Assembly: GCA_963796055.1 (NCBI GenBank)
Contig: CAWCKH010000004.1
Span: 2,304,001-2,368,000, forward strand
Reading direction: 5' to 3'
Source: an uncultured delta proteobacterium
GTDB taxonomy: Bacteria; Myxococcota; Myxococcia; Myxococcales; Myxococcaceae
Length of the DNA: 64,000 nt
Part shown: in pieces, positions 19,365 to 28,129 of the stretch
How the letters are laid out: every line of letters starts with the position of its first letter
Position numbering within the stretch: position 1 is the stretch's first letter
The notes under the pieces: model-generated
What the model saw: the letters and a program-made list of their open reading frames with translations, nothing else
What the model was told of the DNA's origin: nothing
Database searches by the model: none
Program-made: the position numbers and the translations under genes

Positions 19365-20384
19365 ATGCGCATCCGTGGGCTCACCCTGTGGCTGGCTCTG
19401 CTGGGCGGACTGACGGCGTGTGACTCGGGGGGACGAGTCGGAGCAATCACCGTCTCCTGGACCTTCGCCGGGGGCAGCTGCTCCGGCGCCGCGGTGGAGC
19501 AGGTGCGCATCGCCATCGCCGGCGAGCCGCTGGACCAGGACATCTTCGACTGCCGGAGCGGTCTGGCGACCTTCAGCAACTTCTACCCCGGCACGTACAA
19601 CGTCACCGTCCAGGGGCTGGACGCCTCCCAGGCCGTCACCTGGACCGGAAGCAAGTCGATGCGAGTGGACGGCGACGTGAGCGTGCAGGTCGACCTTCAG
19701 CCCGTCTCCGGCCAGAACGCGGTCGCCTACCTTTCCTGGAGCTTCGACCCCTCCACGGGGCCGGCGCCCCAGTGCGGCCCGGGACAGCGCATGGACTACG
19801 TGGGCATCTTCATCGACAACGTGGACACCGGCCTGGCCTACAACTGTGGCGACGGGCTCGGGGTGAACCAGGTGATCACTCCCTACCTTTCGCCCGGGAC
19901 GCACGTGCTCCAGCTGCTGGCCTTCAACGGGGTCGACGGAATCGACTTTCCCTTCGCCAGCACCGACCCGATCAACGTGAACTTCGTGACCGGTCAGGCC
20001 ACCGCCCAGTCGCTCACCATGCACTGGCAGGTCGGCGGACTGGCGATGAGCTGGGCCGCGTACCCGGACCTCGCCTCGTACCAGGCCAACCGCAACCAGC
20101 CCCTCACCTGCGTCTCCACCCAGATCGCGACGGTCGAGCTGTTCCTCGCCGACCCGAACAACCCCAGCAACGGGGAGCAGTTCTCGGGCTTCACCTGCAG
20201 CTCGGGTGCACTGCTCGACAACGCGCCGGTGGGGACCTGGCTGCCCTTCGTCGCGGGGTACAGCAGCGGCGGCGCCCTTCTCTACTTCCAGGACGACCAG
20301 AACGTGCCCCAGACCGTCACCGTCGTCGCCGGTCACTTCTCCTCGCCCCAGGACACCCCGGTCTTCGTTCCGCTGTTCCCCTGA
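19365..20384 (+). CDS. Lipoprotein of unknown function with three Cys-paired beta-rich repeats
   Basis: GGAGG RBS, lipobox LTAC, three SW...C...C..G...(P/V)GT units. Confidence 0.75.
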   Translation: MRIRGLTLWLALLGGLTACDSGGRVGAITVSWTFAGGSCSGAAVEQVRIAIAGEPLDQDIFDCRSGLATFSNFYPGTYNVTVQGLDASQAVTWTGSKSMRVDGDVSVQVDLQPVSGQNAVAYLSWSFDPSTGPAPQCGPGQRMDYVGIFIDNVDTGLAYNCGDGLGVNQVITPYLSPGTHVLQLLAFNGVDGIDFPFASTDPINVNFVTGQATAQSLTMHWQVGGLAMSWAAYPDLASYQANRNQPLTCVSTQIATVELFLADPNNPSNGEQFSGFTCSSGALLDNAPVGTWLPFVAGYSSGGALLYFQDDQNVPQTVTVVAGHFSSPQDTPVFVPLFP

Positions 20385-20429
20385 GCCCCGGTGAGCCACT
20401 GGCACGGTTCGTGGTAGGCCCCAGCCAGC

Positions 20430-21248
20430 ATGGGGCTCACGGATCCGCGGCCGATCGGCGTCTTCGACTCCGGGGTGGGAGGGCTCACGGTCCTCCGCGC
20501 ACTCCGGGCGCGCTTCCCGGACGAGTCCATGGTCTACCTGGGCGACACCGCGCGCGTCCCCTACGGCACCAAATCCGCCGAGGTGGTGACGCGCTACTCG
20601 CTCCGGAACGCCGCGTTCCTCACCTCCCAGGACGTGAAGCTGCTGGTGGTGGCCTGCAACACTGCCTCGTCCGTCGCGCTGCCAGCGCTCCGGGCCGCGC
20701 TGGGCATTCCGGTGGTGGGTGTCATCGAGCCCGGCGCCCGCGCCGCAGCCCGGATGAGCCCGGCGGGCCACGTGGGCGTGGTCGGGACGCCGGGCACCAT
20801 CGCCTCCGGCGCGTACCAGCGGGTGCTCGCCGCCGAGCGTCCGGGCATCCGCATCCAGGTCCAGGCCTGTCCGCTGTTCGTGCCCCTGGCCGAGGAAGGG
20901 TGGGTGCAGGGCGACGTGCCGCGGCTGGTCGCCCGCGCCTACCTCGCACCGATGCAGCAGGCCGGCATCGACACCCTGGTGCTTGGCTGCACACACTACC
21001 CGCTGCTCCGGGGCGTACTGGCCGACGAGCTGGGCCCGGCTGTCACCCTGGTCGACTCGGCCGACACCACCGCGGACGAGGTGGAAGCCCTGCTCGACCG
21101 CGGCGTGGCCCTGCGCGCGCCGGCACGCGGACCCGGCGGGCTGCAAGTCTTCGTGACCGACACGCCGGATCGCATCCCGGAGCTGAGCACCCGCTTTCTG
21201 GGTGAGCGGGTGGAGCGGGCCGAGCACGTGGACATCCAGGCCGGGTAG
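20430..21248 (+). CDS. murI: Glutamate racemase
   Basis: IGVFDSGVGG, VACNTAS and LGCTHYP motifs. Confidence 0.97.
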   Translation: MGLTDPRPIGVFDSGVGGLTVLRALRARFPDESMVYLGDTARVPYGTKSAEVVTRYSLRNAAFLTSQDVKLLVVACNTASSVALPALRAALGIPVVGVIEPGARAAARMSPAGHVGVVGTPGTIASGAYQRVLAAERPGIRIQVQACPLFVPLAEEGWVQGDVPRLVARAYLAPMQQAGIDTLVLGCTHYPLLRGVLADELGPAVTLVDSADTTADEVEALLDRGVALRAPARGPGGLQVFVTDTPDRIPELSTRFLGERVERAEHVDIQAG

Positions 21249-21712
21249 GTCAGGGCGGCCGCAGTCGAGGTCCGGGTCAGGGTGTCGTCGCGTGGGCTGC
21301 AGTCGGCGAGGTCCGGGCGGCCGCAGTCGGGTAGTCAGGGCGGCCGCAGTCGAGGTCCGGGTCAGGGTGTCGTCGCGTGGGCTGCAGTCGGCGAGGTCAG
21401 GGCGGCCGCAGTCGGGTAGTCAGGGCGGCCGCAGTCGGGTAGTCAGGTCGGCCGCAGTCGAGGTCCGGGTCAGGGTGTCGTCGCGTGGGCTGCAGTCGGC
21501 GAGGTCCGGGCGGCCGCAGTCGGGTAGTCAGGGCGGCCGCAGTCGAGGTCCGGGTCAGGGTGTCGTCGCGTGGGCTGCAGTCGGCGAGGTCCGGGCGGCC
21601 GCAGTCAGCGATGGCCTACAAGCTCCTAGCCGACTGCGGCCGCCCTGACCCGCCGACGATGGCGCCTGAGGACCCCTTTACCCGGACCTCGACTGCGGCC
21701 GCCCTGACCTAG
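21246..21712. repeat. Cluster of ~85-bp elements: four tandem direct copies (starting 21249, 21334, 21442, 21527, plus a 23-bp partial at 21419) and one inverted copy (21626-21712)
   Basis: Unit GTCAGGGCGGCCGCAGTCGAGGTCCGGGTCAGGGTGTCGTCGCGTGGGCTGCAGTCGGCGAGGTC(C/A)GGGCGGCCGCAGTCGGGTA; the outer 32 bp of the cluster form a perfect inverted repeat. Confidence 0.95.
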
Positions 21713-22476
21713 AGCTTGACCCGGGAGTCGACCGGGGTGGGCGGAGGCAGCGGCATCGTCTCCGCCATCACCTGGGCAGCGGCCGCGGTCCCCAGGTCGT
21801 CGCGCCGGGGGAGCGCACCGGTGCAGGCGGTGATGCACCACTCGAGGAGCGGGAATGCTCGCGTCCATCCGAGTGGCCAGTTCAGCCAGCCGGTGGTGAT
21901 GCAGTAGTGCGAGGTGAACGGCCGGCTGTGGTGCAGCTGGTGGTGCGCCGGCGGGAGGATGAGGTGCCAGCGCTGGAGCGCGGCGATGAGCGGAGACGGC
22001 GCGGGCAGGTGGGCCCACTTGTGGAACTGGTTGGTGAGCAGCACCCAGACGACCAGCGCTCCGAGGAAGGACGAGAGAAAGAGGCTGCCCGCTTCCCCGC
22101 GTTCCGGAACGAGCCAGATCGCCAGTCCCAGGGCGGGGAGGCTGATCAGACAGTTGTTGCCGTTGGTCTCGACGAAGTCGTGCCGGGTGATGGCCAGCGG
22201 GTCCCGGTGGTGCTCCCGGAACGGTCCGAGCACCGCCGGGCCGATGACCGGCAGGTCGGGCGACCCCCAGGTGTCCGCTGCCCAGTGGACCACGCCCGAG
22301 ACCAGGTCCGCGGCGAGGTAGCCGAGAAGCGCCGCGGTGAGGACCACCCAGGGCCGCTCCGGGACGAAGGGCGCGAGGCGGATGGCGAGCCAGCAAGCCA
22401 GGGCGGCGTAGGAGAGCAGGCTTGTCCAGTCGAGCCGTCGAAGGGCCTTGCTGGGTTGCCGCTCGCCTTGCGCCAT
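21709..22476 (-). CDS. carF: CarF/TMEM189 family plasmanylethanolamine desaturase
   Basis: His boxes HWAADTWG, FREHH, FHKWAH, HHQLHH and YCITTGWLN; four TM helices. Confidence 0.92.
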   Translation of the reverse strand: MAQGERQPSKALRRLDWTSLLSYAALACWLAIRLAPFVPERPWVVLTAALLGYLAADLVSGVVHWAADTWGSPDLPVIGPAVLGPFREHHRDPLAITRHDFVETNGNNCLISLPALGLAIWLVPERGEAGSLFLSSFLGALVVWVLLTNQFHKWAHLPAPSPLIAALQRWHLILPPAHHQLHHSRPFTSHYCITTGWLNWPLGWTRAFPLLEWCITACTGALPRRDDLGTAAAAQVMAETMPLPPPTPVDSRVKL

Positions 22477-22525
22477 CAGGACTCCTCTCGCCCCTGCAGA
22501 ACGAGATGCCCGGATGTCGTGAAGG

Positions 22526-23422
22526 TTACAGGAGGGCCCCGCCGCCGGTCTGCCCCTCTACGGTCGGCGCGGTCCCGCGGATTCGCCGCGGGTGTGTATA
22601 CAGGTTGAAACTTCCGCCTCGGACGAATGTGGCCAGGGCGACGCCCGCGCGCTCGGCGAGGTCCACTGCCAGACTGCTGGCCGCCCCCACCGACGCCAGG
22701 ACGGGAATGCGAGCCATTGCCGCCTTCTGGACCATCTCGAAGCTGCTCCGGCCGCTGACGACCAGGAGGGCCGGTCGCGGACCGGGAGCCGGGGTGCGAC
22801 ACGGACCGATGGCGCCCGCCAGGACCAGTGCTCCGACCACCTTGTCCACCGCGTTGTGGCGGCCGACATCCTCGTGCACCGCCAGCACCGTGCCGTCCGC
22901 GGCGAGCACCATCGCCGCATGGGTGCCGCCAGTGCGCTCGAAGGCCTGCTGCGCGGCGCGGAGCCGGTCCGGGGCGGAGGCCACCAGCGCGGCGTCCACC
23001 GGGGGCGCGTCGCCCAGTGGGTCGATGCGCGCCAGCAGGTCGTCGATCTGCTCGCGGCCGCAGACGCCGCACGCCGCCGAGGTGAGCGTGCCTCGCTTGC
23101 TGGCCGTCACTCGCTCCCAGACCAGCTGCACTCCCGGGGCGGGCAGGACGTCCAGCGCGTTCCCGTAGCCCTCCTCGTCGGTACGACCGCAGTGGCTGAG
23201 CGTCCCCAGGTCGTCCACCGAGCGGATGATTCCCTCGGAGAGGAGGAAGCCCGCGGCGAGCGCGTGGTCCGCCCCGGGGGTGCGCATGGTGATGGCCACG
23301 GTGTCGCCGGCAAGGCGAATCTGCAGCGGCTCCTCGACGGCGACCACGTCGGCCCGTGCCGCCGCGGCCGCTCCGGCGGTCACGCGGCGATAGGGTCGCT
23401 CGACGGTTCCTCGGTTCCACAC
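22526..23422 (-). CDS. fdhD: Formate dehydrogenase accessory sulfurtransferase FdhD
   Basis: VEEPL, TMRTPG, SAACGVCG, TGGTHAA, EDVGRHNAVDK and SGRSSFEMVQKA; start position approximate. Confidence 0.93.
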   Translation of the reverse strand: MWNRGTVERPYRRVTAGAAAAARADVVAVEEPLQIRLAGDTVAITMRTPGADHALAAGFLLSEGIIRSVDDLGTLSHCGRTDEEGYGNALDVLPAPGVQLVWERVTASKRGTLTSAACGVCGREQIDDLLARIDPLGDAPPVDAALVASAPDRLRAAQQAFERTGGTHAAMVLAADGTVLAVHEDVGRHNAVDKVVGALVLAGAIGPCRTPAPGPRPALLVVSGRSSFEMVQKAAMARIPVLASVGAASSLAVDLAERAGVALATFVRGGSFNLYTHPRRIRGTAPTVEGQTGGGALL

Positions 23423-23874
23423 GTGGGGCACGCTACCGCCGGGCCGACGGCGGTGCGAGCCAAGGGAGCGTGCAGCGCGTCGCGGACCCACTCGAAGCCG
23501 AGCGCGGCGGCGAGCCAGAACGGCGCGTAATCCAGCCGCACCAGTCCGTGCAGGTGCATGCCCTCGCGGTACCGCCAGGGGCAGTCGCCGAGCACGCGGC
23601 GCAGCCCGGCCCCCGCGGCGTACTCGGTGGCATAGATGACACCGAGAGACGCAGCTGCCCGGGTCAGGCGCGACCGTCGCGCCAGCCGGGTGTGCACACC
23701 CTCCAGCGCCAGCGCCGCCGCCCCGTAGATGGGGTGCATCCAGAGGTAGGTCCGGGCGGGCAGCTTCTTGTCCCGTGAAAGCGCGGCCTTGGTGCCGGTG
23801 AAGAGCACCTCGAGCACCCAGCCAGCGCACCCGTACAGGATGAATTTCCGCGCCAGATGTCGACCCGCAGCCAT
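23380..23874 (-). CDS. Small membrane protein (DUF1113 / putative ABC transporter permease-like)
   Basis: FILYGCAGWVLEV, LWMHPIYG, EYAAG, CPW.Y and GLVRLDY pattern; GGAGG RBS. Confidence 0.75.
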   Translation of the reverse strand: MAAGRHLARKFILYGCAGWVLEVLFTGTKAALSRDKKLPARTYLWMHPIYGAAALALEGVHTRLARRSRLTRAAASLGVIYATEYAAGAGLRRVLGDCPWRYREGMHLHGLVRLDYAPFWLAAALGFEWVRDALHAPLARTAVGPAVACPTCGTEEPSSDPIAA

Positions 23875-23980
23875 CTGCTTCCTCCTGCCTTGCAAGTTGT
23901 GGACGAGACCGCGGTCCGGCAATTCACGCCTCGACTCGGCGGCTGGAACGGAGGGGGCCCTGGCTGGCATGCTGGGGTGC

Positions 23981-24499
23981 ATGTACAGAACTGTGTTCGG
24001 CAGCCTGCTGGTTGTTTCACTCGCCACCCCCGCGCTCGCGCACGACGAGAAGGCCGGGGCGGGCTGCGACGATGACCACGCCCAGGCCGCAGGCGCGTCC
24101 GCTGCCGCCACCCTGAAGCCGGGCGCAGTGCTGGTGCGCGGCGAGGCGTTGCCCAAGGGCCAGGCTCCGCTTCCGCTGTCGTCGGTGCTGAGCAAGCCGG
24201 AGGACGGGCGGAAGGTGCTGGTGGAGGGGGTGGTTCGCCGGGCGTGCACCCAGATGGGGTGCTGGATGGAGCTCGCCCCTGCCGAGGGCGGCCCGGGCGT
24301 GCGCGTCACCTTCAAGGACTACGGCTTCTTCGTCCCCACCGACTCCGCCGGCGCGCGGGCGCGGGTGCAGGGAACGCTGAAAGTGGCACAGCTCTCGGCG
24401 GCCCAGGCCGAGCATCTGCGCGCCGAGGGCGGGTCGATGGCCGCCGGGGCGCAGCGCGAGGTCCGCCTCATCGCCTCGGGCGTCGAGCTGCGGAGGTAG
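23981..24499 (+). CDS. DUF4920 family secreted protein
   Basis: Signal peptide, CTQMGCWM and RVTFKDYGFFVP motifs. Confidence 0.85.
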   Translation: MYRTVFGSLLVVSLATPALAHDEKAGAGCDDDHAQAAGASAAATLKPGAVLVRGEALPKGQAPLPLSSVLSKPEDGRKVLVEGVVRRACTQMGCWMELAPAEGGPGVRVTFKDYGFFVPTDSAGARARVQGTLKVAQLSAAQAEHLRAEGGSMAAGAQREVRLIASGVELRR

Positions 24500-24520
24500 T
24501 CGCTGGACGTCCGGTCCGGA

Positions 24521-25645
24521 TTGCCCGCCGACGCGGCGATGCTGGCCGAGCTCGGCGGCCGGCTGTTCCAGCAGGCTTTCGGCCGGGACAACACGCCCGG
24601 GGACATGCGGGCCTACCTCGCCGAGCACTTCACCGAGGCGGCGCTGTCGCGGCTGCTGGCGACCCCCGGAGTCGAGGTGCTCGTCCTCGAGGAACGGTCG
24701 GTGCCGGTCGGCTGGGCGCTGCTCGTCGCCGGCACCTCCGCCCCGCGGCGGGCGGAGCTCGCCAGCCGTGCACCGCTCGCCCCGGCCCCCTCCGGGCGCG
24801 AGGTGGAGATTCGCCGGTTCTACGTGGACCCGGCGCTGCAGGGCGGCGACGCGGCGCCGGCGCTGATGATGGCCGTGCTCGCCCGGGTCCGGGCGCTCGA
24901 CGCCGAGGCGATGTGGCTCGCGGTCTGGGAGCACAACGGCCGCGCGCAGGCCTTCTACGCCAAGCACGGCTTTCGCCGGGTGGGGACCCAGCCGTTCCAG
25001 CTCGGCAGCGGCGTCCAGACCGACGATGTCCTGCTGCGCCCGCTGTCGTTCGGGGTGAGCCTGGCCATCGTCGCCGGCGGAAGCGCCAGCCGGCTCGGCG
25101 GGGCGTGCAAGCCGTTGCTCCGGGTCCGCGGCCGCATGGTGCTGGAGCGGCTGCTCGGGCTCCGCACCCTGGCCGACGAGGTGCTGCTCGTCTCGCCCGA
25201 TCCGCGACTTCCGGATGCCGGGCTCCGCCGGGTGGAGGACGTGGTGCCGGGGCGCGGCGCGCCGGGTGGGGTGCAGGCGGCGATGGCGCAGGCACGCGCG
25301 CCCTGGGTGCTGGCGGTGGCCGGGGACATGCCGTTCCTGGACGGGCGCGCGGTGCTCCCGCTGCTCGAGGCACGCACCGACGCGGTGGACGCGGTGGCCT
25401 ACACCGTCTCGGGTCGGCTCGAGCCGCTCGCCGCGCTGTACCGGAGCGCTCTGGCCCCGCGCTGGGCCATGGCGCTCGCCGGTGGGGGCGCGTCCTTCCG
25501 GGCGCTGTGGAGTGGGCTCCGCGGACGCACCCTGCCCGAGTCGGTGCTGCGCGAGGCGACCGGCGACACCCGCGCGGTGCTCAGCCTGAACCTTCCGTCG
25601 GACGTGGCGACGTGGGTGGACGCCCCACCCGATCCGGAATCCTAA
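24521..25645 (+). CDS. GNAT acetyltransferase fused to molybdenum cofactor guanylyltransferase (MobA-like); start uncertain
   Basis: N-half EIRRFYV and WLAVWEHNGRAQAFYAKHGF; C-half LAIVAGGSASRLGG..K, AGDMPFL, EPLAALY and LNLPSD; no stop between them. Confidence 0.8.
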   Translation: MPADAAMLAELGGRLFQQAFGRDNTPGDMRAYLAEHFTEAALSRLLATPGVEVLVLEERSVPVGWALLVAGTSAPRRAELASRAPLAPAPSGREVEIRRFYVDPALQGGDAAPALMMAVLARVRALDAEAMWLAVWEHNGRAQAFYAKHGFRRVGTQPFQLGSGVQTDDVLLRPLSFGVSLAIVAGGSASRLGGACKPLLRVRGRMVLERLLGLRTLADEVLLVSPDPRLPDAGLRRVEDVVPGRGAPGGVQAAMAQARAPWVLAVAGDMPFLDGRAVLPLLEARTDAVDAVAYTVSGRLEPLAALYRSALAPRWAMALAGGGASFRALWSGLRGRTLPESVLREATGDTRAVLSLNLPSDVATWVDAPPDPES

Positions 25646-25719
25646 GTGCCGGTCACTGCGGGCGGTTTCCTTGCGCCGTGCGAGTGGCCACTGCTACCGT
25701 CCGAGAGCTCAGCGTGGCG

Positions 25720-26235
25720 ATGGTGAAACCGTTCGATCGGGCCGTCTCGGGCTTCAACCACAACATCACCCACGCCGGTCGGGTCTTCCACGTGCAGACG
25801 GAAGACTCGGGGGTGAACAACCCGAACATCATCACCCACCTCTTCGTCGGCGGGAACATCCTCGCCAGCAAGAAGACCTCGTACGCCGAGCTGCTCAAGG
25901 CCGAGAACCTCCACGAGCTGGTGCGCCAGCTGATGGAGGACCAGCACAAGCAGATGCTCCGGAACGTGGTGAACGGGGTCTACGACAACCTCGACTCGGC
26001 GGCGCGCGCCTACCAGCCGGGACAGCTCGCGCCGGCCGCCGAGGGCAAGAAGGGCGCCAAAGTCGCGCCGCCGCGCGCACCACTTCCACCCGAGGTGGAG
26101 GCCGCGCGGGCGCTGAGCACACCACCGCCGATGAACGACAGCGGCGCGCAGACGCTCTTCGGCGAGGACCTCATCAGCGAGAAGAGCCTCGACGAGGTCA
26201 TCCTCAGCTACCTCGCCGGCGAGACCGAGAGCTGA
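25720..26235 (+). CDS. Conserved hypothetical cytoplasmic protein
   Basis: GFNHNI..FHVQTEDSG..IITHLF N-domain and EKSLDEVILSYL C-terminus; strong coding bias. Confidence 0.75.
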   Translation: MVKPFDRAVSGFNHNITHAGRVFHVQTEDSGVNNPNIITHLFVGGNILASKKTSYAELLKAENLHELVRQLMEDQHKQMLRNVVNGVYDNLDSAARAYQPGQLAPAAEGKKGAKVAPPRAPLPPEVEAARALSTPPPMNDSGAQTLFGEDLISEKSLDEVILSYLAGETES

Positions 26236-26240
26236 TCCGG

Positions 26241-27296
26241 TCAGCGAACGCCCGCGTCGGCGTCCCCGCGGCAGAAGGCGAGCCGCTTCGCCACCACTTC
26301 CAGCGGCAGCGCCACCTCGAGCGAGAGCGCGTTGCCGTGGGTCGGGGAGACCCGGGCGAAGCTCAGCAGCTCCGCCGCCTCGTCGTCTCCTCCCGCGCGG
26401 GCCTGCACCCTCGCCATGGCCAGCGCGCCGCCGAGCGTCTTGCCCAGGTCCTCGAGCTTGCGCGCGTCCTCGCCCGACACGTCCGCCACCAGCGCCACGT
26501 CGCGCCGGGCGTCGAGGTGCACCTCCACCCGCGAGGCCGCCTCCACCAGCGCCGTGGCCCAGGCCTCGTTCCCTCCCAGGGTCCTGGCCAGGTCCGGACC
26601 CGACACGACCCCGTAGAGCTCGCCGTAGCTCTGCTCGGGCGAGAGCAGCGGCCGGGGGGCGGGTCCCCGGCCCTCGACGGCGTCGAGGACGCGGCGCCCG
26701 TCCTCCTCCGAGTCGCCGAGGTGGAGCAGCGAGTCGCCCCAGCGGGTGGCGACGAGCGTGCTGCCGCCCTCGGCGCGCGGGTCGACCGTGGTGATCTGCC
26801 CCCGGTCGCCGTAGGGCGCCCCGGTGGCGGTCCCGAGCAGCCCCTCCCAGTTCGCCCGGCGAAAGTCGCCCGAGACGACGATGCCGTGCTCGGTGATGCC
26901 CACCCGGTCCAGATCGCGGAGCGGGTCGATGCCCATCCGCTGCAGCGCCTCCAGCGCGTTCCCCCGCCCCTCGCGGGCGGCGAGGCATTTCAGGAGGAGC
27001 TCGCCCAGGGGGGAGTTCCGGAGGGCATTGACCTCCACCACCACTCCGGATCCCGCCCCGCCCGCAGAGAGCGCGGCGAGCATCGGGTCGTGCACCTCGG
27101 TTCGCGGCGTGCCGGCGTCGGCGGGCGGGCGCGTGAGCCGGGATAGCATCCGCTGCCGCTCCTCCGGCCGGAGGTGACGGGGCATCTCCACCTCTGGCCG
27201 GGCAATGGGCGCGCGCGCCTCGGGGAGGTGCACCAGCCACGCGGCGGCGATGACCAGGAGGGCGGCGGCGAGCAGCCAGAGCCAGCGGCGCTCCAT
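26241..27296 (-). CDS. Membrane-anchored hypothetical protein coupled to an ABC exporter
   Basis: N-terminal TM helix, GIDPLRDLDRV motif; start overlaps the permease stop. Confidence 0.75.
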   Translation of the reverse strand: MERRWLWLLAAALLVIAAAWLVHLPEARAPIARPEVEMPRHLRPEERQRMLSRLTRPPADAGTPRTEVHDPMLAALSAGGAGSGVVVEVNALRNSPLGELLLKCLAAREGRGNALEALQRMGIDPLRDLDRVGITEHGIVVSGDFRRANWEGLLGTATGAPYGDRGQITTVDPRAEGGSTLVATRWGDSLLHLGDSEEDGRRVLDAVEGRGPAPRPLLSPEQSYGELYGVVSGPDLARTLGGNEAWATALVEAASRVEVHLDARRDVALVADVSGEDARKLEDLGKTLGGALAMARVQARAGGDDEAAELLSFARVSPTHGNALSLEVALPLEVVAKRLAFCRGDADAGVR

Positions 27297-28129
27297 CAGA
27301 AGTCCCTCCGCTCGAGGCGCCAGGCCGCCACCGCGAGCAGCGCCGCGGCGAAGGCCAGCGTGCCGGCCAGCAGCCGCAAGAGGCCCCCCGGAGCCAGCGG
27401 CGCGCTGGAGGCGAGGGCGCCAGCGGCGTCGGCCAGCTTGCCCAGCGGCGGCACCACCGCAGTCAGCCCGGCGAAGAACGTGCGGCCCACACCCGCGCCC
27501 ATCACGTCGAGCAGCGCCGTCCGGTGGGTTGCCAGCAGCCCGAGAAAGACCAGCGAGGCGCCGGCGGCGGCCGAGAGCGCAGCGCTGCGCACCCAGACGG
27601 TCACCGCCAGCATGCCGGCGTACACGCTGCCGAACGACAGCGCCGCCAGCACCGCCGACACCACCGGCCAGCCGGTCCACACCCCGGTCTTGGCTCCCAG
27701 CACCATCACCAGTCCGGCCGAGGCGTACACCGCGCCGGCCAGAGCGAGCGCCAGCACGCCCAGGAAAGTGCCGGCGAGAAGCTCCCAGCGGCGCACCGGC
27801 AGCGAGAGCAGATGCTCGATGCGGCCCGGCGAGAGCAATGCCGGAGCGAAGTCGGCACAGCAGAGCACGCCGAAGCACAGCCCTCCCCAGAAGACGATCT
27901 GGCTGGCCACGAGGAACACCGGCCGGAGCGCCACGTCGGCCGCCTGGATGCTGTGGACCAGCGGCTGACCGAAGAGGCGGGTCGCGGCGAGCGCGCCGTC
28001 CACCACCTCGAGGCGAAGGCTGGTCAGCAAGAGCAGCAGCAGGCCAGTGAGCGCCAGACCCAGCGCGAGGAACCACCGCCTCGCTGCCGCCTCCCGCAGG
28101 AGATCCAGGGCCACCGCGAGCGAGGTCAT
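27296..28129 (-). CDS. ABC transporter permease
   Basis: Six hydrophobic helices and LLSLPVRRWELLAG motif; ATGA overlap with the ATPase gene. Confidence 0.85.
   Translation of the reverse strand: MTSLAVALDLLREAAARRWFLALGLALTGLLLLLLTSLRLEVVDGALAATRLFGQPLVHSIQAADVALRPVFLVASQIVFWGGLCFGVLCCADFAPALLSPGRIEHLLSLPVRRWELLAGTFLGVLALALAGAVYASAGLVMVLGAKTGVWTGWPVVSAVLAALSFGSVYAGMLAVTVWVRSAALSAAAGASLVFLGLLATHRTALLDVMGAGVGRTFFAGLTAVVPPLGKLADAAGALASSAPLAPGGLLRLLAGTLAFAAALLAVAAWRLERRDF

Noticed and set aside
21246..21712. CRISPR array
   Set aside because: The sequences between the short repeats are themselves identical copies rather than unique spacers, one unit is inverted, and no cas genes are in the window.
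21202..21712. ORFs with repeated peptides (21202-21648, 21485-21712)
   Set aside because: They are translations of the 85-bp DNA repeat, whose period is not a multiple of 3.
22505..22531. ECF-type promoter (TGTAAC..GCATCT, minus strand) upstream of carF
   Set aside because: It overlaps the fdhD stop codon, and the match is too short to distinguish from chance.
24497..24499. Pyrrolysine or programmed read-through at the DUF4920 TAG
   Set aside because: It would fuse a secreted protein to cytoplasmic enzymes, and no pyl genes are in the window; an alternative start codon is simpler.
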